This document shows positions 18,257 to 27,583 of a DNA stretch of 64,000 nt, piece by piece. The stretch is from Dehalococcoidia bacterium (GTDB lineage: Bacteria; Chloroflexota; Dehalococcoidia; SM23-28-2; HRBIN24): positions 35,294-99,293 of the forward strand of contig JANXAP010000007.1 in NCBI GenBank assembly GCA_025062275.1, in the 5' to 3' direction. The number at the start of each line of letters is the position of its first letter. Position 1 is the stretch's first letter. The translations under genes were made by a program, and so were the position numbers. Below the pieces are notes generated by a model. That model was not told the DNA's origin. It searched no databases and was given only the letters and a program-made list of their open reading frames with translations.

Positions 18257-19781
18257 ATTCCACCGCCCTCTTCTCGCGGATGACGGTGACCTTGATCTGG
18301 CCCGGGTATTCCAGGCTCTCCTGAATCTTGTGGCTCAGGTCGCGGGCCAGACGGAAGGCCCCGAGGTCGTCGATCTCGTCGGGCTTGACGATGACGCGGA
18401 TCTCGCGTCCGGCCTGAATGGCGAAGGCCTTCTCGACGCCCGGGAAGGAGTAGGCCACCGACTCCAGCGCCTCCAGCCGCTTCAGGTACTGCTCCAGGGA
18501 CTCGCGGCGGGCGCCTGGCCGGCTGCCGCTGAGGGCGTCGGCGACGATGACCACCACCGCCTCCACCGTCTGGGGCTCCACCTCTTCGTGGTGGGCCTCG
18601 ATGCAATGGACGACGGGCGCCGGCACACCGTAGCGTCGGGCCAGATCGGCCCCTATCTTGGCGTGGGTGCCCTCCACCTCGTGGTCCACGGCCTTGCCCA
18701 GGTCGTGCAGCAGGCCGCCGCGACGGGCCACCTCCACGTCCGCACCCAGCTCGTGGGCAATTAGGGCGGCCAGGCGGGCCGTCTCCACGGCGTGCTTCAG
18801 CTGGTTCTGCCCGTAGGAGTAACGGAACTTGAGGCGGCCCAGGTACTTGAGGATCTCGGGGTGCAGCCCGGGGCAACCGGCCTCCAGGGCGGCCTGCTCC
18901 CCAGCCTCCTGGATGGCCTGCTCCACCTCCCGCCGCGCCTTCTCCACCATCTCTTCGATGCGGGCGGGATGGATGCGGCCGTCGCTGATGAGCTTGGTCA
19001 GGGCCACACGGGCGATCTCCCTGCGCACCGGGTCGAAGGAGGAGAGGGTCACGGCGTCGGGCGTATCGTCGATGATGACGTCCACCCCGGTGAGGTGCTC
19101 CAGGGTGCGGATGTTGCGCCCCTCGCGGCCGATGATGCGCCCCTTCATGTCCTCCGAGGGCAGGGGCACCACCGAGACGGTGGCCTCGGACACCACCTCG
19201 CTGGTCAGCCGCTGCATAGCGGTGACCAGGATCTTGCGCGCCCGCTCCTCCGCCTCCTGCCGCAGCTGCTGCTCGATGTCGCGGACACGGCGCGAGGCCT
19301 CCTCGCGGACCTCCCGCTCAACCTCGGCCAGGAGGATGTCGCGGGCCTCCTGCACGCTCAGGCCGGCCACCCGCTCCAGCTCCTGGCGCTGCTGCTCCTC
19401 CAGGCGCTGGAGCTGGAGGCGGGCCTCCTCCAGTCGGGCCTCCCGTTCAGCCAGGGCGCGTTCGCGACGCTCCAGGGCCTCCTGCTTGCGTTCCAGGCTC
19501 TCTTCTTTTTGTAGCAGGCGCTTCTCCAGACGTTGTAGCTCGCTGCGTCGCTCCTTCAGCTCGGCTTCGACCTGGTTCTTGACGCGCAGGGCCTCTTCTC
19601 GGGCCTCGATGAGCAGTTCCTTGTGGCGCCTTTCGGCCTCGTTCAGGATGCGGGCGGCATTCTGCTCGGCGGCGGCTATGCGGGAATGACTGACCCTCTG
19701 CTGCAGGATGGCACCGCCAATGGCTCCCGCCGCCGCGCCGAGAAGACCAAAGACAATAGCAAATAGTATGCCTTCCGGCAT
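18246..19781 (-). CDS. rny: Ribonuclease Y
   Basis: N-terminal TM helix, coiled coil, KH domain, and an HD domain with 'LLHDLGK'. Start re-anchored to the ATG at 19779-19781 (MPEGILFAIV...) with a GGAAGTGAGG SD. Confidence 0.9.
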   Translation of the reverse strand: MPEGILFAIVFGLLGAAAGAIGGAILQQRVSHSRIAAAEQNAARILNEAERRHKELLIEAREEALRVKNQVEAELKERRSELQRLEKRLLQKEESLERKQEALERRERALAEREARLEEARLQLQRLEEQQRQELERVAGLSVQEARDILLAEVEREVREEASRRVRDIEQQLRQEAEERARKILVTAMQRLTSEVVSEATVSVVPLPSEDMKGRIIGREGRNIRTLEHLTGVDVIIDDTPDAVTLSSFDPVRREIARVALTKLISDGRIHPARIEEMVEKARREVEQAIQEAGEQAALEAGCPGLHPEILKYLGRLKFRYSYGQNQLKHAVETARLAALIAHELGADVEVARRGGLLHDLGKAVDHEVEGTHAKIGADLARRYGVPAPVVHCIEAHHEEVEPQTVEAVVVIVADALSGSRPGARRESLEQYLKRLEALESVAYSFPGVEKAFAIQAGREIRVIVKPDEIDDLGAFRLARDLSHKIQESLEYPGQIKVTVIREKRAVEYAR

Positions 19782-19849
19782 AGCGACCTCACTTCCTTGG
19801 CTGACAAGAGTCAACCGATGTTGCTTGTTAAGGTTCGACCCTCAGCTTC

Positions 19850-19879
19850 ATCATAGGCCCCGAAGAAGGGGCCAGTCAA
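19850..19879 (-). promoter_or_regulatory. rny promoter with a GC hairpin in the spacer
   Basis: Minus strand reads TTGACT, an 18-nt spacer, then TATGAT. The spacer GGCCCCttcttcGGGGCC can form a 6-bp hairpin. Confidence 0.4.
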
Positions 19880-19935
19880 GGTGCCTGAATGACTACCAAT
19901 GTCCAGGATAGTTTATTTCTATGCAGGATGGCCTC

Positions 19936-21108
19936 CTAAACCGGGGCTATGCGCCCCAGGAAGTAGGCAGCCACCGCCACCACCCCGCCCACCGCTGTCA
20001 CCTCGGCGCCCGAGAGGACGGGATTGCGGCGCACCAGCAGCCCCTTGATGGCACCGATGGCGAACAGGGCGGCCACGGCGATGGCGATGGAGGCCGCCAC
20101 CGCCGCCACGCCGGCGGCGAAGAAGTAGGGGATCAGGGGCAGAATGCCCCCGCCCAGGTAGGAGGCACCCATGGCCAGGGCATCTTTGGACGGCTCGGGC
20201 AGCGTCTCGGGGCTCAGGCCCAGCTCCTTCTCGGCCATGGTCTTCAGCCACAGCTGCTTGTCCGCCGCCACTCGCTCCGCCATCTCCCGGGCCTGGTCAT
20301 AGCTGAAGCCCTCCAGGCGATAGATCTCGATGAGCTCGGCCATCTCCTCTTCGGGCCGATTCTCGATCTCCCAGGCCTCTCGCGCCAGCTCTGCCTCCTG
20401 CACCTGTCGCTCGGCCCGGGAGCCCAGGAAGCTGCCGGCCGACATGGACAGAGTGCCGCCCAGAACAGCGGCCAGGCCCGCCACCAGTACTGTGGCGCCT
20501 GTGGCGGTAGCCCCCGCCACCGCCGGCCCCACGGTGGCCGCCGTCACCAGCCCGTCCTGCATCCCGAAGATGACCTCCCGTATGCGGGCCAGGCGGGCGA
20601 TGCGCTGCTTCTCGGTAAGGACCTCCTGGGCCGCCTGGGGGAGGGACGCGGCCTCGGGCGCGGGCATCTCCAGGACGGCCGCCGAAGGACGGGGCGGCGG
20701 AGGCGCCTTCTGCCCGGTCTTGCGCTCCAGGTGCTGGAGGGCAGCCAGGAACCGCTTCAGGTGCTCTTTCTCCCCCTCCAGGGCCAGGCGGAAGCTTTCG
20801 GCCGCATCGGGACGGCCATCGTCCTCGGCCTCGCGGATGAAGCGGGGGTACATGGTCTCGAACTCGTAGGCCTCGCCCTCGGTCACAGCCCGCAGGTTCT
20901 CGAGGGTGGAGCGCACCTCTCCCAGGGCCTTCAGGTGGCTGAGGGCATGAATAGTCTCGGCCCCGGCAGCCTCCATGAACACCTGGGCCACCTCGGGATG
21001 TCCTTCCTCCATGGCCTTGAGGGCGTAGGCCAGGTACATGCGGTTGGCCTTCGCCTCTCCCAGGAACGCCGACCACAGGTTGCGCTGTGTCCTGTCCACG
21101 GCACTCAC
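19936..21108 (-). CDS. Rubrerythrin/ferritin-like domain fused to a VIT1/CCC1-family iron transporter
   Basis: N-terminal four-helix-bundle with ferritin-like E…ExxH motifs. The C-terminal half has multiple TM helices ('MQDGLVTAATVGPA…') typical of the VIT1 family. Confidence 0.75.
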   Translation of the reverse strand: MSAVDRTQRNLWSAFLGEAKANRMYLAYALKAMEEGHPEVAQVFMEAAGAETIHALSHLKALGEVRSTLENLRAVTEGEAYEFETMYPRFIREAEDDGRPDAAESFRLALEGEKEHLKRFLAALQHLERKTGQKAPPPPRPSAAVLEMPAPEAASLPQAAQEVLTEKQRIARLARIREVIFGMQDGLVTAATVGPAVAGATATGATVLVAGLAAVLGGTLSMSAGSFLGSRAERQVQEAELAREAWEIENRPEEEMAELIEIYRLEGFSYDQAREMAERVAADKQLWLKTMAEKELGLSPETLPEPSKDALAMGASYLGGGILPLIPYFFAAGVAAVAASIAIAVAALFAIGAIKGLLVRRNPVLSGAEVTAVGGVVAVAAYFLGRIAPV

Positions 21109-21132
21109 CTTAGAAGGATTTTAAACTACATT

Positions 21133-21164
21133 CCCCCAGCGGCCAAGGACGTGGCCGCTGGGGG
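21133..21164 (-). terminator. Rho-independent terminator downstream of recA
   Basis: Perfect 12-bp stem CCCCCAGCGGCC-(8 nt)-GGCCGCTGGGGG followed on the minus strand by an A/T-rich tail. Confidence 0.55.
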
Positions 21165-21191
21165 CCATCCCTCGTGCCATGTCGCTGCTGA

Positions 21192-22265
21192 TCAGGGCGA
21201 CTCGGGCTCGGCCGGGGCGAAGGCGACGGCCGGAGCCGCCTCTTCGGCCTTGGCGCGCACCAGCCGCTCCAGCTCGTCGGCCAGGGCCGGGTTCTGGCGC
21301 AGGAACTCCTTGGCCTGCTCGCGGCCCTGGCCCAGCCGCGTCTCGCCGTAGGAGTAGAAGGCGCCCTGCTTGCGCAGGATGCCGAGGGCGGCGCCCAGGT
21401 CGAGGATATCGCCCTCGCGGGCGATGCCCACGTTGGGCCCGTGGAAGATTATCTCGAACTCGGCCGTGCGGAACGGGGGCGCGACCTTGTTCTTGACGAT
21501 CTTGGCCCGCACGCGGTTGCCGATGATCTGGCTGCCAGACTTGATGGCCTCCACCCGCCGCAGGTCTATGCGCACCGAGGCGTAGAACTTCAGCGCCCGC
21601 CCGCCGGGCGTCACCTCGGGGCTGCCGAAGACGATGCCGATCTTCTCCCTCAGCTGGTTGATGAAGATGACGGCGGTGCGGGTGCGGGAGATGGTGGCAG
21701 TGAGTTTGCGCAGGGCCTGGGACATGAGACGGGCCTGCAGTCCGGGCAGTGCATCGCCCATGTCGCCCTCCAGCTCAGCCCGCGGCACCAGGGCGGCTAC
21801 CGAGTCCACCACTACCACGTCCACGGCGTTGCTGCGCACCAGGGCCTCAGCTATCTCCAGCGCCTGCTCGCCCGTATCGGGCTGGGAGACCAGCAGGTCG
21901 CCGACGTTGATCCCTATGGCAGCGGCAAAGGTGGGGTCCAGGGCGTGCTCCACATCTATGTAGGCGGCGACGCCTCCCATCCGCTGGGCCTGGGCGATGA
22001 CGCTCATGGCCAGGGTAGACTTGCCGGCCATCTCCGGCCCGAAGATCTCCGTCACTCGTCCTCGAGGGATGCCACCTACTCCCAGGGCCAGATCCAGGGC
22101 CAGGGAGCCGGTGGGTATGGCCTCCACCTGCAGGCGCTGCCCCGCCTCCCCCAGGCGCATGATGGCGCCGCGCCCGAACTCCTTCTCTATCTGGCTGATG
22201 GCCATCTCCAGGGCCTGGAGCCGCTCGCTCTTGCCGCCGCTCTGTTGGCTCATGCGCTCACGCAC
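21192..22265 (-). CDS. recA: Recombinase RecA
   Basis: '[11 protein letters not shown]' Walker A, 'VVVDSVAAL' Walker B, and near-full-length RecA similarity. The start is probably the ATG at 22251-22253 (MSQQSGG) with an AAGGTG SD. Confidence 0.95.
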   Translation of the reverse strand: MRERMSQQSGGKSERLQALEMAISQIEKEFGRGAIMRLGEAGQRLQVEAIPTGSLALDLALGVGGIPRGRVTEIFGPEMAGKSTLAMSVIAQAQRMGGVAAYIDVEHALDPTFAAAIGINVGDLLVSQPDTGEQALEIAEALVRSNAVDVVVVDSVAALVPRAELEGDMGDALPGLQARLMSQALRKLTATISRTRTAVIFINQLREKIGIVFGSPEVTPGGRALKFYASVRIDLRRVEAIKSGSQIIGNRVRAKIVKNKVAPPFRTAEFEIIFHGPNVGIAREGDILDLGAALGILRKQGAFYSYGETRLGQGREQAKEFLRQNPALADELERLVRAKAEEAAPAVAFAPAEPESP

Positions 22266-22298
22266 CTTTTTAGCTTATTTGTTCGCCTGTGCCCAGCC

Positions 22299-22327
22299 AT
22301 CATACCACGGCAGTGCCCGCGCGACAA
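22299..22327 (-). promoter_or_regulatory. recA promoter
   Basis: Minus strand reads TTGTCG, a 17-nt spacer, then TATGAT, about 45 nt upstream of the recA ATG. Confidence 0.4.
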
Positions 22328-22331
22328 GGCG

Positions 22332-22595
22332 CTAGCTGGAGAGGGCGCTGGCCGCCAGTTGGGCCACCAGTTGCAGCAGGATGATGGCCACCAAAGGCGA
22401 GAGGTCCAGGAAGCCGATGCGGGGCAACACCTGTCGTAATGGCGCCAGGATGGGCTCGGTGATCTCGTGCAGGAAGGCCACCACCGGGTTGCGAGGGTCG
22501 ATAGGGAACCAGGACAGAATGGCCCGGGCAAAGATGGCCAGCGTCAGCACGTAGGCCAGGATCTGGATGAAAGTGGCCAGGGTGTCGATGGCTAC
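22332..22595 (-). CDS. yggT: YggT-family small membrane protein
   Basis: C-terminal 87 aa match YggT/Ycf19 ('…FARAILSWFPIDPRNPVVAFLHEITEP…'). No canonical start codon before the proC stop, so the start is uncertain. Confidence 0.55.
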   Translation of the reverse strand, partial: VAIDTLATFIQILAYVLTLAIFARAILSWFPIDPRNPVVAFLHEITEPILAPLRQVLPRIGFLDLSPLVAIILLQLVAQLAASALSS

Positions 22596-23392
22596 TGCCC
22601 TCCCAGCTCCAGCGCCCGCCGATAGGCGGCCTCGACGGCAGCCATCATGGCGGCCCGCACTCCCGCCCGCTCCAGCGCCAGAAGCCCCGCGGAAGTGGTG
22701 CCCCCCGGCGAGGTGACCTGTGCTCGAAGGTCGGCCGGGTGGCGGCCCGTGGCCTGGGCGTAGCGCACCGACCCCAGCACCGTGCGGTAGACCAGCTCCA
22801 CGGCCACCGGCCGAGGCAGGCCTATGTGCACTGCCCCGTCTACCAGCGCCTCCAGCAGCAAGAAGACGAAGCCCGGGCCGCTGCCGCTGACGGCGGTGGC
22901 CATCTCCACGTATTTCTCGTCTTCCACATACAGCTCGAACCCCAGGGCAGCTAGGACACGGCGCACCCGCTGACGGTCCCCTTCGTCCACGGCCGGCGAC
23001 GCCGTCCACACCGTCACCCCTTCGCCGATCTGGGCCGGGGTGTTGGGCATGGCCCTGACCACTCTCTGGCTGCCCAGCTGAGAGGTCAGGGCGCGCAGCG
23101 GCACGCCCGCCATGATGGAGAGGAAGAGGGGCGAGCCGTCGCTGCCGGCCAGGGAGCGGGCGGCGGCCGGAAACTCCTGGGGCTTCACGGCCAGCACGGC
23201 CAGGTCCGCCCCCTTCACCGCCTCGGCTGCCTGGGGGAAGGTGCGGACGCCGTAGCGCTCGGCCAGGAGGCGTCGGCGCTCTTCCAGCACGTCGCAGACG
23301 GCGATGTCGCTGGCTTCGGCAACCCCTCTGGCCAGGAGGGCGCCCACCATGGCCTCCCCCATGACGCCGCCGCCAACGATGGCTATCTTCAC
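22592..23392 (-). CDS. proC: Pyrroline-5-carboxylate reductase
   Basis: 'MKIAIVGGGVMGEAM' NAD(P)-binding N-terminus and a ProC C-terminal dimerisation domain. Confidence 0.85.
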   Translation of the reverse strand: MKIAIVGGGVMGEAMVGALLARGVAEASDIAVCDVLEERRRLLAERYGVRTFPQAAEAVKGADLAVLAVKPQEFPAAARSLAGSDGSPLFLSIMAGVPLRALTSQLGSQRVVRAMPNTPAQIGEGVTVWTASPAVDEGDRQRVRRVLAALGFELYVEDEKYVEMATAVSGSGPGFVFLLLEALVDGAVHIGLPRPVAVELVYRTVLGSVRYAQATGRHPADLRAQVTSPGGTTSAGLLALERAGVRAAMMAAVEAAYRRALELGGQ

Positions 23393-23404
23393 TCTGCCGT
23401 CCCC

Positions 23405-24079
23405 TCAGGCCTGGGGCCGCGGCCCGAAGATGGCGCGGCCCAGCCGGACCATGGTGGCCCCTTCCTCGATGGCCACCTCGAAGTCGTCGCTCATGCCCAT
23501 GGACAGGTGGGGCAGCCCCAGGGCACGGGCCAGCTCCCGGAGGCGGCGGAACACGGGCCGCACCTCTTCGGGGTCGCGGGCCAGGGGGGCCACCGTCATC
23601 AGCCCCACCAGCTCGAGATGGGGAAGCCTGGCGACAGCTTCCGCCACCGAGGGCACCTCCTCCGGGGAGAGACCGAACTTGCTCGCCTCGCCCGCAACGT
23701 TCACCTCCAGCAGGACCGTCAGCGGGCGGCTGGCGCGACGGCTCAGCTCTTGGGCCAACCGCAGCGAGTCCACGCTGTGGACGACCTGGAACAGCTCCAG
23801 GGCCTTCTTTACCTTATTCGTCTGCAGGTGGCCTACCATGTGCCAGGTGACATCGAGGTCGGCCAGGAGGGGGCGCTTGGCCGCCGCCGCCTCCTGGACC
23901 CGGTTCTCGCCGAAGTGGCGCAGCCCGGCGGCATGGGCTTCGCGGACTGCCTCGGCGGGAAAGCCCTTGGCGACGGCCACCACGGTGACGTCCTGGGGCG
24001 AGCGCCCCGCCCTCAGGCAGGCGGCCTCGACCCGTCGCAGCGTCTCATGCACGCGGGACGTGACAGTTAGCGTTTGCAC
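23405..24079 (-). CDS. yggS: YggS-family PLP-binding protein (pyridoxal phosphate homeostasis)
   Basis: TIM-barrel alanine-racemase N-terminal-like fold with 'VAVAKGFP…HFGENRVQE…HMVGHLQTNKV'. Start at the GTG at 24077-24079. Confidence 0.85.
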   Translation of the reverse strand: MQTLTVTSRVHETLRRVEAACLRAGRSPQDVTVVAVAKGFPAEAVREAHAAGLRHFGENRVQEAAAAKRPLLADLDVTWHMVGHLQTNKVKKALELFQVVHSVDSLRLAQELSRRASRPLTVLLEVNVAGEASKFGLSPEEVPSVAEAVARLPHLELVGLMTVAPLARDPEEVRPVFRRLRELARALGLPHLSMGMSDDFEVAIEEGATMVRLGRAIFGPRPQA

Positions 24080-24086
24080 GGCGTAT

Positions 24087-24100
24087 CCAGTATAACAGGG
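24087..24100 (-). promoter_or_regulatory. Extended -10-like motif CCCTGTTATACTGG, copy 1, upstream of yggS
   Basis: Minus strand reads ccCTGTTATACTGG 10 nt before the yggS GTG. Fits TGnTATACT. Confidence 0.4.
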
Positions 24101-24122
24101 CAGGGAGAGTCCCGCGCAGGAG

Positions 24123-24464
24123 GTGGCCATGGTCGTCTCCATCGTCGTACGCAAGACCCGCATCCGCGACCGCCAGCAGTGGCAGGAGAGGCTGGCCCAG
24201 GCGTTGCCCCGCATCCTGGAGGTGCTGCGTCGCCAGCCCGGCTTCCTGTCGGTGGAGTACCTGTGGGGAGTGTATGGCGATGGGCAAATGGGGCAGGTGA
24301 CCCGCTGGCAGACGCTGGAGGACTGCACTCGCTATGTGCGTGAGGGAGGGGCTGCCACCGTAGCCGCCTTCGAAGACCTGGCCCTGCCTACGGCAGCCCA
24401 CCCTGAAGGCACCTGGCTACGTTACACCTTCGAGGTAGTGGAGCCGGAGGGCTCTCACTCCTGA
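24123..24464 (+). CDS. ABM/Dabb-like stress-responsive alpha-beta-barrel protein
   Basis: About 110 aa beta-alpha-beta ('VVSIVVR…PGFLSVEYL…VTRWQTLED…'). AGGAGG SD before the ATG at 24129. Confidence 0.45.
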   Translation: MAMVVSIVVRKTRIRDRQQWQERLAQALPRILEVLRRQPGFLSVEYLWGVYGDGQMGQVTRWQTLEDCTRYVREGGAATVAAFEDLALPTAAHPEGTWLRYTFEVVEPEGSHS

Positions 24465-24709
24465 GGCCTGGGAGGCCGGTGGCTGTCCCACCAGACCAGC
24501 GCCAGGACCGTCAGGGCGATCAGGGCCAGCGCCAGCACTCCCCACCAGGGGCCAGCGCTGAAGGCCACCACCAGCCCGCCTATGGCCACCACCGTCCCCA
24601 CCAGGAAGAGCAGAGGCCAGAAGAGGATGCCGAAGATGGCGCGGGTCAGCACCCACGTCTCCAGCCACCAGGGAGGAGGCCTCTCGGGCGGCAGACCCAT
24701 GCCCACCAC
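24455..24709 (-). CDS. Small two-TM membrane protein
   Basis: 84 aa with two hydrophobic helices and Trp-rich ends. Follows the large membrane protein gene after a 6-nt gap. Confidence 0.4.
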   Translation of the reverse strand: MVGMGLPPERPPPWWLETWVLTRAIFGILFWPLLFLVGTVVAIGGLVVAFSAGPWWGVLALALIALTVLALVWWDSHRPPRPQE

Positions 24710-24715
24710 CTTCCC

Positions 24716-26455
24716 TCAGCTGGAAGGCAGGTTATAAGTGAACTTGTCGGGTCCCTCGCGTTCGAAGATAAGGCCGCCGGGGCCATCGTAGATGAGGCGG
24801 TAGTCGGCATCGTAGCGCAGCGAGCTGAGGAGCGTCGTGCAGCACTCCGACTTCCCCGTTCTGGGGATGAAAATGTGGGTGAACCCCACCCGATAGAGAT
24901 AGGACCAGCGGTCCAGGCACGACGTAGACTCGTAGGCGCACTCCTGGATGGTCCAGTAGAGGGACTGCTGGTTCTCGTAGCGGCGCAGCCCCAACCACTC
25001 GGAGCCTTGCACCGTGGCCACGCTGACACGACCCGTCAGGGCCGGAAACCACTCCGACAGGGCATCGATCCATGGGTTGAAGTTGCCGTGAACGATGAGA
25101 AAGCGGGACGCCCCGGGGGTGCTGCTGGCGATCCAGGACATGGCCGCCCTGGCGTCCCTGGGCATCGATAGCAGGGGCGAACCCGGCGTCCTGTCGGCTT
25201 TCACAGAGGAATAGGTGCCGTAGACCAGGAAGAGCACCAGCCCCACATAGGGCCAGGGGCGAGCAGCGGCCAGCGCCCAGCGTCGCCAGTTGGCCCCCAG
25301 GGCCTGCACCCACCGCCCGGGAACGGGCAGGGCGCGCCCCTCCCGGTGGGCCAGCTCCAGCAGCGTCGTCACTGCCAGCCCCGCCAGCATGGAGCCTGGC
25401 ACCATGGCGCTGGTGTAGGCCACCCGCGGGTCTATGTAGAGGATGAGCAGGAACCAAGCGGGCACGAACAGCTCCCCTTTGAAGGCCGAGATGGCCCACC
25501 CCGCGTACATCAGGATGGCCAGCATGGGGAAGAACGGCTCGTCGGTGAAGTAGGGCTGCAGCAGGTTGATGAACTTCCACGACAGCCAGTCGTTCTTGCC
25601 CGTCTGAGCGGCCGAAACCAGCGGCTCGATGCCATGGCGCAGCAGCACCGTCAGCCACCACGGCATGCTCAGCACCGCCACCGAGAGGGCCGTGCCGGCG
25701 GCGCTGAGGACTCCTGCCCGGTTGCGGCCGTAGGCCACGAAGAAGAAGGCGTAGCTGAAGGCCACCAGCCAGCCCATCTCGGGGTGGGCGAGCACTGCCA
25801 GCGCCGCCAGGACGATGGCCAGCGGCCGCGGCCCTTTCCTCTCCCTGAACATGAGGTAGCCCTGCCACAGGGCCAAAATGGCCAGCAACTGCCCCAGGGA
25901 GCGGGTCAGGCCGCCGCCCACGATCTGCCAAGTGAAGCTGCGGGGCGCCAGGGCAAAGGCGAAGGCCGCCAGCAGCGGCACCGGCCCCCTCCCCATCACT
26001 GCCCGGGCCAGAAGATACAGGGCGCCGATGCTCAGCACGCTGGCCGAGACGGGCAGAAAACGGATGACATCGGCCAGGGACCACGGCCCCACCAGGTCCA
26101 GGGCCGCCGCCAGGTAGAAGGCCAGGGGCGGGTAAGCGAAGGGGATCAACAGGCCGTTGTAGGACGTGAACTCCGGCAGCCTGAAGTCATGACGCTGGAT
26201 GTCGGAGGCCATGGCATAGAACATTCCCCCGTCGTTCAGGGGGAAGCCGGCCGGCAACACATGCCACAGGCGCACCGACAGCCCCAGCAGCATCGGCAAG
26301 GCCACCAGGGCTGCCTCCCAGGCCCACGACGACGGCCATAGGACCCACCCCCGCGGGCCGGAGCCGCCCGATACGGGCATCCGGTCAGGGATATCGCTGT
26401 CGCCCTCGGGTGCCTGAGTCGCGATGGTGCTGGCGTGCCGTCCTGCCATCCTCAC
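24716..26455 (-). CDS. Large polytopic membrane protein, GT-C-fold glycosyltransferase-like (PMT/ArnT-type)
   Basis: About 13 TM helices followed by a roughly 150-aa soluble C-terminal domain. Family assignment is tentative. Confidence 0.45.
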   Translation of the reverse strand: MRMAGRHASTIATQAPEGDSDIPDRMPVSGGSGPRGWVLWPSSWAWEAALVALPMLLGLSVRLWHVLPAGFPLNDGGMFYAMASDIQRHDFRLPEFTSYNGLLIPFAYPPLAFYLAAALDLVGPWSLADVIRFLPVSASVLSIGALYLLARAVMGRGPVPLLAAFAFALAPRSFTWQIVGGGLTRSLGQLLAILALWQGYLMFRERKGPRPLAIVLAALAVLAHPEMGWLVAFSYAFFFVAYGRNRAGVLSAAGTALSVAVLSMPWWLTVLLRHGIEPLVSAAQTGKNDWLSWKFINLLQPYFTDEPFFPMLAILMYAGWAISAFKGELFVPAWFLLILYIDPRVAYTSAMVPGSMLAGLAVTTLLELAHREGRALPVPGRWVQALGANWRRWALAAARPWPYVGLVLFLVYGTYSSVKADRTPGSPLLSMPRDARAAMSWIASSTPGASRFLIVHGNFNPWIDALSEWFPALTGRVSVATVQGSEWLGLRRYENQQSLYWTIQECAYESTSCLDRWSYLYRVGFTHIFIPRTGKSECCTTLLSSLRYDADYRLIYDGPGGLIFEREGPDKFTYNLPSS

Positions 26456-26498
26456 TCCTTGCCCCCCTCTCCTAAATACCAGGAGCGGCCGCCTTTGG

Positions 26499-27470
26499 CT
26501 ACCCCTCTGCGCCCGAAAACGCCCTCCTGGGGCCGCTGGTTGGCCCTCCCCGAGGCAGAGCGGCCCCCACCAGCTGCATCACGTCCTCGACGCCCTCTCG
26601 TCGCAGGAACTCCTCCAGCCCTTCCAGGACGTCCAGGGGCGCGCGGGGGTTCAGGAAGGTGGCGGTGCCCACCTGCACGGCGCAGGCTCCGGCCATGATG
26701 TATTCCACCGCGTCGCTCCAGGTGACGATGCCGCCGCAGCCGATGATGGGCACCCCCAGTCCCGCCCGCGCCACGTCCCAAACCATCTTCAGCACGATGG
26801 GGCGAATGGCAGGCCCCGACAGGCCTCCGGAACCCCAGCCCAGGGCGGGCCGTCGGCGGCCGATGTCGATGCTCAGGGCAGGGAAGGTATTGGCGATGGT
26901 CAGGGCATGGGCCCCGGCCTCCACCGCCGCCTCCGCCACCGCCACCACGTCGCCCGCGCTGGGCGTCAGCTTCACCAGCACCGGCAGGGCCGTGGCCTCC
27001 CGCACCGCCCGCACCACCTCCGCCGTCAGCTCGGGCCGGCAGCCGAACTCCAGGCCGTTCTCCACATTGGGGCAGGAGACGTTCAGCTCCAGTGCGCTCA
27101 CGCCCGGCACCCCGTCCAGGCGGGCCGCCAGCCGCGCGTAGTCCTCCACCCGCTCGGCGGCGATGTTGGCGATGACGGGCACCGACCAGGTGGCCCAAAC
27201 GGGCGCCAGCTCGGCCACCACCGAGTCCACCCCCACGTTCTGCAGGCCGATGGAGTTGATCATGCCCGCCGGGGCCTCGACGATGCGCGGCTGCGGGTTG
27301 CCCGCCCGCGGCCTCAGGGTGATGCCCTTGCTGACGATACCCCCCAGCCGCTGGATGTCGAACACGCGCAGGAACTCGATGCCGTTGCCGAAGCAGCCCG
27401 AGGCCGTCAGCACCGGGTTGTTCAGCACCAGCTCGCGCTTGCCGGCCGCAATGCGCACCCGCAGGTCCAT
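26499..27470 (-). CDS. pyrD: Dihydroorotate dehydrogenase catalytic subunit
   Basis: 'NPVLTASGCFG…GGIVSKGIT…NSIGLQNVG…LNVSCPN…GGLSG' class-1 DHODH motifs. Confidence 0.85.
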   Translation of the reverse strand: MDLRVRIAAGKRELVLNNPVLTASGCFGNGIEFLRVFDIQRLGGIVSKGITLRPRAGNPQPRIVEAPAGMINSIGLQNVGVDSVVAELAPVWATWSVPVIANIAAERVEDYARLAARLDGVPGVSALELNVSCPNVENGLEFGCRPELTAEVVRAVREATALPVLVKLTPSAGDVVAVAEAAVEAGAHALTIANTFPALSIDIGRRRPALGWGSGGLSGPAIRPIVLKMVWDVARAGLGVPIIGCGGIVTWSDAVEYIMAGACAVQVGTATFLNPRAPLDVLEGLEEFLRREGVEDVMQLVGAALPRGGPTSGPRRAFSGAEG

Positions 27471-27540
27471 CCCCTGGCCATTATAGGCGGAGGCGACGGG
27501 GCGATGGTCAGGATACGGTCAGGGCCGGACGAAACGAAAA

Positions 27541-27563
27541 GGGGCACCGCCCGGCGGTGCCCC
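27541..27563 (-). terminator. Rho-independent terminator after the zinc-ribbon gene
   Basis: Minus strand reads GGGGCACCGCC…GGCGGTGCCCC followed by TTTTCGTTTCG. Confidence 0.55.
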
Positions 27564-27583
27564 CCGCACCGTCGCAGCGCCAG

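Noticed and set aside
22266-22331. Possible LexA/Cheo-type SOS box (CGAACAAATAAGCT) in the recA leader
   Set aside because: Only the first half-site (CGAAC) matches the GAAC-N4-GTTC consensus, and the second half is AAGC. No similar element was found at the nurA-sbcDC promoter.
24732-26084. 450-aa and 331-aa alternative-frame ORFs inside the large membrane-protein gene
   Set aside because: Gly/Arg/Pro-rich with no TM or domain signal. The chosen frame yields about 13 hydrophobic helices.
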